Shown one piece after another: positions 40,498 to 48,987 of a stretch of DNA of 64,000 bases (positions are counted from its first letter, which is position 1; every line of letters starts with the position of its first letter). The DNA is from Candidatus Saccharimonadales bacterium (lineage in GTDB: Bacteria > Patescibacteriota > Saccharimonadia > Saccharimonadales > 2-12-FULL-41-12): positions 609,701 through 673,700 of the forward strand of contig JBFIJM010000001.1 in the NCBI GenBank assembly GCA_041600715.1, in the 5' to 3' direction. The position numbers were made by a program, and so were the translations under genes. Below the pieces are notes generated by a model. That model had not been told where the DNA came from. It saw only the letters and a program-made list of their open reading frames with translations, and did no database searches.

Positions 40498-40859
40498 AGC
40501 GTCACTCCGATCACAGCTAATACAGGGAAGACAACGATACTTAGTGGTATGAAAGGCCAGATAAGTAAAAATATTATAGCCAGAACAACAGTGATGATCG
40601 CCCAAAACAATGCAATAAATAACATAGTGCTACGGACCATGAAGCCAATAATACGAGACACGGCATTATCTGCTGTTGCCTGGAAGAAGTTATGGAAAGA
40701 CGATGGAGAAGTAATCTGCTTCCACGGAGAAAACAATGTCTTTAATAGAACACTCACAGCAAACACTCTACCGATGTGCTTTAGTTGCCAATCGATTTGT
40801 CTTAATGCCCACAACCAACCTTGACCGTACCACCAGCCAAGCATAACGAGTATCATCAT
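40494..40859 (-). CDS. Hypothetical small polytopic membrane protein, translationally coupled to the Clp-like ATPase
   Basis: 121 aa with about 3 TM helices. Its stop overlaps the ATG of the downstream gene (ATGA). Confidence 0.5.
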   Translation of the reverse strand: MMILVMLGWWYGQGWLWALRQIDWQLKHIGRVFAVSVLLKTLFSPWKQITSPSSFHNFFQATADNAVSRIIGFMVRSTMLFIALFWAIITVVLAIIFLLIWPFIPLSIVVFPVLAVIGVTL

Positions 40860-40863
40860 GACA

Positions 40864-41757
40864 CTATTGTAGCGTACTCCGAGTCGCTCGACCGGCTCTT
40901 GTATTCCATCCTTCGTCCACTATGGTGTGAATCAGCTGTTCGCTAAGCTTATCCAATCGGCTCATGCCGGCCATGGGAAGATTTTCAGCATCAAGTACAG
41001 AAGCCACTAACAAATTAGGTATCTCGAGTTTATACTTACCTTTCGATACGTTTGCATCTATATCAAGATCACAGTGACCAGATATAAGGGCTACGTTGTA
41101 GGCGTATTTGCCCAGATCATTTTTCCCGTACTTATTGGGTTTATCGCAAAACCCTTGGCACCTTCCTTTGACCTGAATAGGTTGCGCAAAAACATGTTGA
41201 TCACGCATTCCCATGAACAGAACATCATAATTTAAGTGAGTTTTATCTCGGTCATTGATATCGTGATGTGGAGGCGCTGGGAGCGCAAGGTACTCAGGAT
41301 TCTGAGGATGGTTTACAAGTGCGATAGTTGTGAGTTCATTAAGATACCCAAGATAATCACTATGTTTACTTTTCAGTTCCCTACAAGCTAATCCGCCTAA
41401 CATAGATCTCATTTGAAGGGCAGTTTCTGTCTGTAATTCGCTACGTACCTTATTAATAGGGCGATGCAAATGATGCTTTTCGGCTAACTGAATTCCTAAC
41501 CGAAGCATGCGTGCTCTTTGTTGTTTTTCTGCAGTCGCTTTTTCGCTTCGGGCAATTTCAGCTAGTAATGCCTTCGGTTCGACCACATCATCTTTGATGC
41601 TTTTACCTCTAGCCCCTCGGCAAATTCTACCTAAACCAGCAGAGGCTAGATATACTTCGTCACGAGTATGTCTTGGACGCTTATCGAACTTACCTTCTTG
41701 ATTACCAAGGAATCTAACGTACTCCGTAGCAATTAACGCTTCTTGTCTTCGTTTCAT
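40864..41757 (-). CDS. Hypothetical protein, possibly with a PD-(D/E)xK nuclease-like core
   Basis: 297 aa. The segment NYDVLFMG...AQPIQVKG fits D...(E/Q)xK only loosely. Its stop lies 4 nt before the start of the next gene. Confidence 0.4.
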   Translation of the reverse strand: MKRRQEALIATEYVRFLGNQEGKFDKRPRHTRDEVYLASAGLGRICRGARGKSIKDDVVEPKALLAEIARSEKATAEKQQRARMLRLGIQLAEKHHLHRPINKVRSELQTETALQMRSMLGGLACRELKSKHSDYLGYLNELTTIALVNHPQNPEYLALPAPPHHDINDRDKTHLNYDVLFMGMRDQHVFAQPIQVKGRCQGFCDKPNKYGKNDLGKYAYNVALISGHCDLDIDANVSKGKYKLEIPNLLVASVLDAENLPMAGMSRLDKLSEQLIHTIVDEGWNTRAGRATRSTLQ

Positions 41758-41859
41758 AGGTGAGTCTCTATCTGACCTTATACTGCAATACTATAGCTCG
41801 CTTGTCGAAGGTAATATTGACAATAGGCTATTAGCAATCAGTGATATACTAAAAATAAT

Positions 41860-42042
41860 ATGTTAAGTTCAGTCGCAGTCGGAGTACTACTAGGATTAGG
41901 TTTTGGAGCCTGGGTATACAGTAAAGTTATGCGCCAAACAGGTGGTAACATCAAACAATCTACAATTACGGCATCAATTGCCGGCGGGATGGGGTTTGTC
42001 TTGGTTGTCACTGTGATGTCTCTTATAGATAGCGCGCTTTAG
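41860..42042 (+). CDS. Hypothetical small two-TM membrane protein
   Basis: 60 aa with two hydrophobic helices (VAVGVLLGLGFGAWVY and GGMGFVLVVTVMSLI). Confidence 0.35.
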   Translation: MLSSVAVGVLLGLGFGAWVYSKVMRQTGGNIKQSTITASIAGGMGFVLVVTVMSLIDSAL

Positions 42043-42187
42043 AGCTAATACCTAGTATTTTGTGGCTAGCCCACTTCCCTATTTAGCCCAATAACTGGTA
42101 CTATATGGCTATGAGTGAGAAAAAGATGTTGCATGTCTTGCACGCAAATATGTGGCAAACGAATAGTCGCATACAGAGCATAGAGCT

Positions 42188-43027
42188 ATGAACGAAAAGG
42201 GGTTGGGACTTCGTCTCCAGAAGGCTCGTAAAGTCGCGGGGCTAACTCAACAGGAGCTATGCCAGAAGTCAGGTCTTAGCTACTCTACACTTGCCAAAAT
42301 TGAGCGTGGAGCCATCAAATCACCATCTATCTTTACTATTCAACAGATAGCAAAGGTGCTAGGTCTAGGCATAGATGAACTACTAGGCGCAAGCTCTGCT
42401 GTTATAGAACACCCAAAGCAAATCTCAAAAAGCGGGATTGAGTTTGTTTACTTTGATATTCACGGCTGTTTAGTGCAATTTTTTCACCGTGCATTTGTCG
42501 CAATTGCTAAGGACACTGGCGTCTCGCCAGACATAGTCGAGACAGTATATTGGCATTATAATGACGCAGTATGTCGTGGCGAGATGACAGTCGCCGAATT
42601 TAGCCAAGCGTTTGGAGAACAGTTTAAAGTGCCAGATTTTGACTGGGCACCTTACTATCTAGATGCGCTTATACCAATCAAAGAAACACATGAGCTTATC
42701 AAGTGGGCGTCAGAACATTATCGGGTTGGTCTATTAAGCAATATCATGCCTGGCATGCTCCAGGAGATGATGAGAAGAGGGCTAATCCCTAACCTCGGAT
42801 ACGACGCTATTATCGATTCCTCAGAAGTTCATGCCATTAAACCAGAGCCCGAAATATACAGAGTTGCTAGTCAGAAGTCTAACATCGATCCCAGCGCCAT
42901 TTTGCTTGTAGATGATTCCCGAGCAAATCTAATGTCAGCAGAGAAGCTGGGCTGGCGCGTGCTCTGGTTTGATGACTATCGACCAAAAGAATCTGTAGAG
43001 CGAGTAAAACAAGCCCTCGAGTTTTAA
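42188..43027 (+). CDS. XRE-family HTH domain fused to a HAD-superfamily hydrolase domain
   Basis: 279 aa. N-terminal HTH_3 pattern LRLQKARKVAGLTQQELCQKSGLSYSTLAKIERG. C-terminal HAD motifs VYFDIHGCL (motif I-like), GLLSN and LLVDDSRANL. Confidence 0.7.
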   Translation: MNEKGLGLRLQKARKVAGLTQQELCQKSGLSYSTLAKIERGAIKSPSIFTIQQIAKVLGLGIDELLGASSAVIEHPKQISKSGIEFVYFDIHGCLVQFFHRAFVAIAKDTGVSPDIVETVYWHYNDAVCRGEMTVAEFSQAFGEQFKVPDFDWAPYYLDALIPIKETHELIKWASEHYRVGLLSNIMPGMLQEMMRRGLIPNLGYDAIIDSSEVHAIKPEPEIYRVASQKSNIDPSAILLVDDSRANLMSAEKLGWRVLWFDDYRPKESVERVKQALEF

Positions 43028-43050
43028 GCCACTTGGGTTAGAATAACTAC

Positions 43051-43494
43051 ATGTTACCAGCGCTAGAAGGCAGAATTAATCGAAAAACTTACATAACAGG
43101 CAATCTTGTTGGTCTAGGACTACTTGGGTTGTTCTGTGCGATAATTGTTATTCCTGTGGCAATTCTAGACTTAGCGCTTGGGAATTCAAGGATTGCGCCA
43201 GTGCTTGATGTTATGTATTTTGGTGTTCTTTTACCGGTGTTGCTATACGCATTCTATTTTTCTGTACTATTAGTTAAGCGTGCTCATGATCTGGGTTTGC
43301 CTGGCTTGCTATGGGTTGCAGGATTCTTTTCGTTACAAGTATTAGCGCGTCTAACTGATTTTTATTTATTAAATATTGCAAGCGTTTTCATAATTTTATT
43401 CTTCTGTCTTAAAGCCGGCACAAAAGGTCGTAATAACTATGGCCCACAACCACGTAGAGTGATTAGGCTACGTGACCTAAAAGTTACGTTCTAA
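43051..43494 (+). CDS. DUF805-family inner-membrane protein
   Basis: 147 aa. The RINRKTY start, several TM helices and VKRAHDLGLPG are typical of DUF805 (YhaH/YhaI-like) proteins. Confidence 0.65.
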   Translation: MLPALEGRINRKTYITGNLVGLGLLGLFCAIIVIPVAILDLALGNSRIAPVLDVMYFGVLLPVLLYAFYFSVLLVKRAHDLGLPGLLWVAGFFSLQVLARLTDFYLLNIASVFIILFFCLKAGTKGRNNYGPQPRRVIRLRDLKVTF

Positions 43495-46036
43495 ACTGCG
43501 AAATTTGCGCTTTAATTGCTGTTAATTCTAGTTGCAACTTGGTTAATTGGTCTCGGGATTCTGCTACAAGACGCTCTGGAGCTTTTTCTATGTAACTTTC
43601 GTTGTTTAGACGCCCCTCAAGCTGGCCGATTTGCTGGGTCAGACTAACTTCTTTCTCTGCCAGACTCACTACGAAGGCCTGTGCTATCTTCTTGTCTACT
43701 AGTAGCTTTGCATTCTTGGTGGTGCCGGTCAGCTCTAGTCCTTCCCCTTCCATCCCTAGAGTAACCTTATCTAGTCGTGCAATTTTTGCGATTATGTCGC
43801 AATAGTCATCAACGAATGATTGCTCGTCTATTAGTAGGGTGCCTTTTTGCATATTTAACATAGTTTTAATCTGACGAACTTCAGTAACAATCTGCTTTAT
43901 CTCATCGAAGTCAGAAGCTTGACCTTCTTCCATATCTGCGCCTGTTGGCCACTTAGATATGGCTACCATGCTGGTGTCATCCGCATGGAGCGTCTGCCAA
44001 ATTGTCTCTGTGACAAAAGGCGCAAATGGATGCGCTAGTTTGAGGATTGTCTCTAAGACATAGTTCATGACTGACTCATTCTGGGCCGTTTTACTTGCCT
44101 CTATATACCAATCCGCCACATCGTCCCATATTAGGTGATAACACGTGTTGTAGGCTTCTGAGAAGCGGTAGGCTTCAATGCTTTCTGCAATCTTCGCGCC
44201 ACCCTCGTTAAGTTGCTTGATTATCCAATGATCTCCAGCAGTTTTTGGTTCTGGCTTTTTGTCATGTGCAAACTCATCACCGAGCACACCCTCAATGTAG
44301 CGAGCTATATTCCAGAGCTTGTTACAGAAGTTGCGCGCACCAACTAGTTTGGATTCATCATATGGTCGTGGCGTGCCGGGTGATTCTACAGAAATAATAC
44401 CCATTCTAAATGCATCTGACCCGTATGCATCTATCTTCTCCATGGGGTTTACTACGTTGCCCTTGCTCTTACTCATTTTGGCCCCGCTAGGGTCTAGTAT
44501 TAAGCCGTGAAGATATACTTTTTCGAACGGAATTCTACCTGTTATATAAAGTCCTAACATAAGCATCCTAGAAACCCATGGATATAAAATATCTGCGCCT
44601 GTTTCCATCACACTTAAAGGATAAAAGTCCTTAAAATCTTGGCTATCAGGGTAGTCTAGAGTGGCATAAGGCCAGCTCCCGCTAGAAAACCAGGTATCAA
44701 AGACGTCCGGATCACGATGATATTGCTTGCCTTCCCTCTCTATAATCTCTTGCTCAACATTAGTATCAAAAATCCAGTCATCAGGATCATTAATATTCTG
44801 GAAGGCAGGGATTGGAATCCCCCATGAGATTTGTCTACTAATATTCCAGTCATAGAGCCCGTCTAGGTATTTAACAAGCTGATCTCGCTTGTTTTCGGGA
44901 TAGAAGGTGATCTCTCCAGAGTTCAGCGCCTCGACAGCTTTTGTCGCAAGTGGTTTCATTTTTATAAACCATTGGTCCATAAGCATCGGCTCTATCGTAG
45001 TTCCGCATTTGTAGCATGTCCCTACCCTGTTTTTGTAATCTCTGTCTACGTGTACTAATAACCCCTTCTCTTCTAGTTTTTTAGCTACTGCTTCTCTGGC
45101 ATCTTGGATCTTCATACCCTCGAACTCACCGGCATGGTGGTTCATGGTTCCATCATGGTTGATGACTCGCAAAGATTGTAGATTATGTCTCTTCCCTACT
45201 TCATAGTCATTAAAATCATGCGCTGGAGTTATCTTTACCGCCCCAGTGCCAAACTCTGGATCAACCATTTCATCAGCAATTACGCGCAGTTCAAACGGCC
45301 CGTTTAGACCCTCTACTGTTATGACTGTGTTAATAAGATCTTTATAGCGTTCATCATCTGGATGAACAGCTACAGCAGTATCGCCAAACTTTGTTTCTGG
45401 ACGAGTGGTAGCTAGCTCAAACGGCCCATACTTTAGGTAGTACAAAGGCGATGTCATTTCCTTGTACTCTACTTCAATATCGGCAAAGCCAGTCCCATGA
45501 AATGTGCAGTAATTAACCAAGCGTTCACCTCTGTAAACAAGCCCATCATCCCAAAGTTTTTTAAATGTAGAATAAGCGCGGTCGACAATTTTTTGGTCCA
45601 GAGTGTAGGTATATCGACTCCAGTCTAGGCTGGCGCCAATTTTGCGAAACTGAGACTCGTAGTTTGTGCGGTTTTCACTAACAAAATTATAAATTTGAGC
45701 GTAAAGCTCCTCACGGGTGAAATCAAATCGGCTCTTCCCTTCTGCTACCAAACGTTTTTCATATACACTCTGAGTTTCGAAGCCGGCATGATCCGCACCA
45801 GGCACAAATAGTACTTTCTTCCCTGTCATACGATGATATCGCATGGCGATGTCCTCAATGCCTAGGGTTAACCCGTGCCCTAAATGGAGATCACCGTTAG
45901 CGTTAGGAGGGGGTATGACTATGCTATATGTTTCGTCACTACCTCGACTCTTTGGCTTAAATGCTTCTTGCTTCTCCCATAATGCATATATATCTGCTTC
46001 GTATTCACTTGGTGTGTATGTTTTTGGTAACTTCAT
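43484..46036 (-). CDS. valS: Valine--tRNA ligase
   Basis: Start set at MKLPKTYTPSEYE (matches ValS N-termini). HIGH motif (PNANGDLHLGH), KMSKS motif and a C-terminal coiled coil. Confidence 0.95.
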   Translation of the reverse strand: MKLPKTYTPSEYEADIYALWEKQEAFKPKSRGSDETYSIVIPPPNANGDLHLGHGLTLGIEDIAMRYHRMTGKKVLFVPGADHAGFETQSVYEKRLVAEGKSRFDFTREELYAQIYNFVSENRTNYESQFRKIGASLDWSRYTYTLDQKIVDRAYSTFKKLWDDGLVYRGERLVNYCTFHGTGFADIEVEYKEMTSPLYYLKYGPFELATTRPETKFGDTAVAVHPDDERYKDLINTVITVEGLNGPFELRVIADEMVDPEFGTGAVKITPAHDFNDYEVGKRHNLQSLRVINHDGTMNHHAGEFEGMKIQDAREAVAKKLEEKGLLVHVDRDYKNRVGTCYKCGTTIEPMLMDQWFIKMKPLATKAVEALNSGEITFYPENKRDQLVKYLDGLYDWNISRQISWGIPIPAFQNINDPDDWIFDTNVEQEIIEREGKQYHRDPDVFDTWFSSGSWPYATLDYPDSQDFKDFYPLSVMETGADILYPWVSRMLMLGLYITGRIPFEKVYLHGLILDPSGAKMSKSKGNVVNPMEKIDAYGSDAFRMGIISVESPGTPRPYDESKLVGARNFCNKLWNIARYIEGVLGDEFAHDKKPEPKTAGDHWIIKQLNEGGAKIAESIEAYRFSEAYNTCYHLIWDDVADWYIEASKTAQNESVMNYVLETILKLAHPFAPFVTETIWQTLHADDTSMVAISKWPTGADMEEGQASDFDEIKQIVTEVRQIKTMLNMQKGTLLIDEQSFVDDYCDIIAKIARLDKVTLGMEGEGLELTGTTKNAKLLVDKKIAQAFVVSLAEKEVSLTQQIGQLEGRLNNESYIEKAPERLVAESRDQLTKLQLELTAIKAQISQFRT

Positions 46037-46513
46037 AGATAACAGTATATCACCTCTGTTAACTTCTTTGAACAAAGAAGCAAGTTGTTCCATTTTTGTG
46101 TCGACAAAAACGGAACCCAAAAAACGACAGCTACTGAAACACATGATTGAATTAGGATCATTTATGGGGAGTATTTTGCGGGACTCCCTTTGGTCGGGCT
46201 GAAGCCTCGTCCTCAAAACATCCATCATGAACTCCCCTATTTCATCAGTGTTTCAGCAATGCTGGGAGTAAGTGGAATCCGAGCGGGCTCGGGATTTATG
46301 ATTAGTAAAAATAAAGAGTTTTCACGTGAAAATTGAGCAATAGAATTCAAAGGTTTGCTATAAAGAAACCCCTCAATACCAGTGCCCATAACCGAATTTA
46401 TTTCTGTAGGTTCAACCTTGGCCGTGTACCAAGATAGTACGTACGAACTTTTTGTTTTCAACCATAAGCATATCAGACATCTCTATCTGTTACAATGTGC
46501 TTATGGGACAATT

Positions 46514-47200
46514 ATGAATCAGGTCCTCGATCAAAGATTAAGGGACATGACACCAGAATTGGGAGCCGAACCTACAATAGAAGATATCCTAAAGTTCGCT
46601 CACTATGCTTTTGAGCATGACGGACTAAATACGCCAGAGAGTCTTGATCCCTTTACGGTCTTAGAACGGGCGCGAAATGGGGAGAAGATGCGATGCGTAG
46701 AATATGCAATTATGGCCAGTAGTCTGTTGACAGCTTACGGAGTCCCAGCTCGGAGAATAGCCGGTTTTGAGGCAAAGAAAGACGAGTTTAATGGCCATGT
46801 ATTTATCGAATACTGGAACAATGACGCAGAGAAGTGGGTGATGCACGATCCGCAGTGGGGCATGACACCCTATATTGATGATGTACCTCTGTCAGCTCAT
46901 GAACTTCGACACGCATTTGAGGCAGAAAAACAGATTGATTTCCAGTCGATTCCTTCTCTCCGCTCTGGTGTTGATACTAGAGAATATGCAGACTGGGTCC
47001 GCCCGTACATGGATGTGTTCGACACGCCAGGTGTTGTGGCCATCACTGATCACAAATCACTCCAACAGCACACCAATGAGCATCGTTTTCGTCTTAGTCG
47101 GAGCATAGTAGTGTCTGCAAAAGTAGCTGATATTGGTCCATCTCATCTCCAGGAAGTTTCAGTAGAACAATTCTACGCACCACCTCTGCAAACTACATAG
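46514..47200 (+). CDS. Transglutaminase-like (Cys-His-Asp) domain protein
   Basis: Start set at MNQVLDQ. Putative catalytic pattern: RCVEYA (Cys), NGHVFIEYW (His), WVMHDP (Asp). Confidence 0.6.
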   Translation: MNQVLDQRLRDMTPELGAEPTIEDILKFAHYAFEHDGLNTPESLDPFTVLERARNGEKMRCVEYAIMASSLLTAYGVPARRIAGFEAKKDEFNGHVFIEYWNNDAEKWVMHDPQWGMTPYIDDVPLSAHELRHAFEAEKQIDFQSIPSLRSGVDTREYADWVRPYMDVFDTPGVVAITDHKSLQQHTNEHRFRLSRSIVVSAKVADIGPSHLQEVSVEQFYAPPLQTT

Positions 47201-48338
47201 GAAAGTTGGGCTTGATATCTAAGGTATACGGATCGGCTGGATCTACTCCTCCCTTGGCCATATGATAGGCAAGGGTGGCGATCATGGCGCCGTTGTCGGT
47301 GCATAGTTTCATGTCAGTGTAGATCGGCATGATCGGCAAAGCTTCGGCTAACTGGCGTCGTAGCTCAGGGTTGGCAGCTACGCCACCGGCTACCACAACG
47401 GAAGCAGGGGAGTGCTCATGGTACGCCAGTAAGGTTTTCTCGACCACTGTTTCCACAGCAATACGCTGAAAACTGGCCGATATGTCTGCTTTCTGAGCCT
47501 CTGAGAGTCGCTCAGACAGTTGCACTGACGGAAAGCCGTAATCTTCCCCTATTTCCGCTTGAGCAAGGCGTAGAACAGCTGTCTTAAGCCCAGAGAAGCT
47601 AAATTCATACGGTTTATCAAGCTTGGCTTTAGGTAGTTGATATTTAAAGGGGTCGCCTTTTTCTGCCATTTTGCCAACACTGGGCCCGCCAGGGTAGGGG
47701 AGTCCAAGAATCTTGGCTACTTTATCGAATGCTTCACCAATAGCATCGTCACGTGTCTGGCCGAGTAACTCATACACAAGCGGACTCTGAAAAAGCACAA
47801 TCTGACTGTGCCCACCACTGACAATAAGCGCTAACATCGGAAATTCAGGTGCTTGAGGAGGTAGCACATACTCTTGCAAGGATGGACCCTGCAATGTGAG
47901 GAAGGTGGCGAAAGGGTGAGCAGACACATGGTTAACAGCGTACAACGGCTTTTTCTTGGCAATTGCGAGCGTCCTGGCGGTCAGCACGCCAGCGAGCAAA
48001 CTGCCTCCCAGTCCAGGGCCTTGAGTAACAGCAATGGCATCAATTTGATCCCATGGATCAAGCTCGGAATTAGTAATTAGTAATTGGGAATTAATATTAC
48101 TCCTAGTTCCTAGTTCCAAATTCCTATTTTCTGGATAAAAGGCTTCGGAAAGAGCCTTTTCGACGACTGGCATCATGTGCTCTATATGGCTACGGGCAGC
48201 GATTTCTGGTACGACACCACCATAAACTGCATGTAGGTCCATAGAACTTGCCACTACATTAGATAGCAGTAACTGACCGTTTTCTACAACAGAGGCAGAG
48301 GTTTCGTCGCAACTTGTTTCGATGCCAAGAATTTTCAT
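47193..48338 (-). CDS. tsaD: tRNA N6-adenosine threonylcarbamoyltransferase TsaD, carrying a roughly 22-25 aa repeat-derived insertion
   Basis: 381 aa. GIETSCDETS, YGGVVPEIAARSH, VTQGPGLGGSLLAG and SGGHS motifs. The extra segment ENRNLELGTRSNINSQLLITNS lies between the conserved blocks. Confidence 0.93.
   Translation of the reverse strand: MKILGIETSCDETSASVVENGQLLLSNVVASSMDLHAVYGGVVPEIAARSHIEHMMPVVEKALSEAFYPENRNLELGTRSNINSQLLITNSELDPWDQIDAIAVTQGPGLGGSLLAGVLTARTLAIAKKKPLYAVNHVSAHPFATFLTLQGPSLQEYVLPPQAPEFPMLALIVSGGHSQIVLFQSPLVYELLGQTRDDAIGEAFDKVAKILGLPYPGGPSVGKMAEKGDPFKYQLPKAKLDKPYEFSFSGLKTAVLRLAQAEIGEDYGFPSVQLSERLSEAQKADISASFQRIAVETVVEKTLLAYHEHSPASVVVAGGVAANPELRRQLAEALPIMPIYTDMKLCTDNGAMIATLAYHMAKGGVDPADPYTLDIKPNFPM
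48066..48135. repeat. TAG/GGAATTAG-unit hairpin repeat embedded in frame within tsaD
   Basis: Sequence GGAATTAGTAATTAGTAATTGGGAATTAATATTACTCCTAGTTCCTAGTTCCAAATTCCTATTTTCTGG. Has a 23-nt exact match to the virB4-upstream copy and ends with the same ATTTTCTGG that begins the T4SS leaders. The two arms can pair imperfectly. Confidence 0.8.
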
Positions 48339-48410
48339 ACGTAAATCTAAGTATAACCAAAGACCGTGATAATTGACATTCTTATAAGATAGTGGTTTAT
48401 TAAAGTTATT

Positions 48411-48974
48411 ATGTCAGAGTACCATGACCGAGGTCGACTACAATTAGAACGTGCACATGGGTACGAAAGTCGGTTACGTTGGCAACAACCAATATATGGC
48501 GATAATGCCGGTATGCTCGAGGGAGGCACTAATGCTGAATGCTCTCCCACCAGCGAGGAAGTTATACAAGAGAATGTAGATTGGCTTCATAACTATTTGG
48601 ATAGCGTCGAGCAACAGGCTATCGAACGAAGAGGAATTAATCTATTCAGAAGGGGTCATCTTAGCCACCAGGCTGATATATATGTGGACAAACACTCCGG
48701 TATGATACTAGAGATTGACTATGTGGATGGGGCGCTTAACCATGAGGTCGTTAATGCCGAGGACAGCGTTCAGCTTACTATCGAAGTTTCTATAGACAGA
48801 AACTCTATAAATCGTAACGGGAATGGTTTTCCTCGTCATCAGCTATATATTTCTAGGCCGGTTTACGAAAGAGACAATATAGACTACAAAATTGAGGACA
48901 AACTGTCGCCAAATGCGATTAAAAACCTCGAAATGACCTTAGAGCATTGCCGGAATATTTCTGAGAAAAACTGA
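48411..48974 (+). CDS. Hypothetical protein
   Basis: 187-aa ORF in an otherwise gene-dense region. No recognisable motif. Confidence 0.4.
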   Translation: MSEYHDRGRLQLERAHGYESRLRWQQPIYGDNAGMLEGGTNAECSPTSEEVIQENVDWLHNYLDSVEQQAIERRGINLFRRGHLSHQADIYVDKHSGMILEIDYVDGALNHEVVNAEDSVQLTIEVSIDRNSINRNGNGFPRHQLYISRPVYERDNIDYKIEDKLSPNAIKNLEMTLEHCRNISEKN

Positions 48975-48987
48975 TATCATATCCTAT

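Noticed and set aside
40498-40605. 36-codon N-terminal extension of the Clp-like ATPase ORF
   Set aside because: It would overlap the upstream membrane-protein gene by 112 nt. The ATGA-coupled start at 40497 gives a sensible TM-anchored N-terminus.
46037-46228. 64-codon N-terminal extension of valS
   Set aside because: ValRS orthologues begin close to the MKLPKTYTPSEYE sequence, and the extension has no similarity to ValRS.
8761-48135. TAG/GGAATTAG repeats considered as a possible CRISPR array
   Set aside because: The copies are dispersed singly or in pairs. There is no regular repeat-spacer periodicity, no uniform repeat length and no cas genes.
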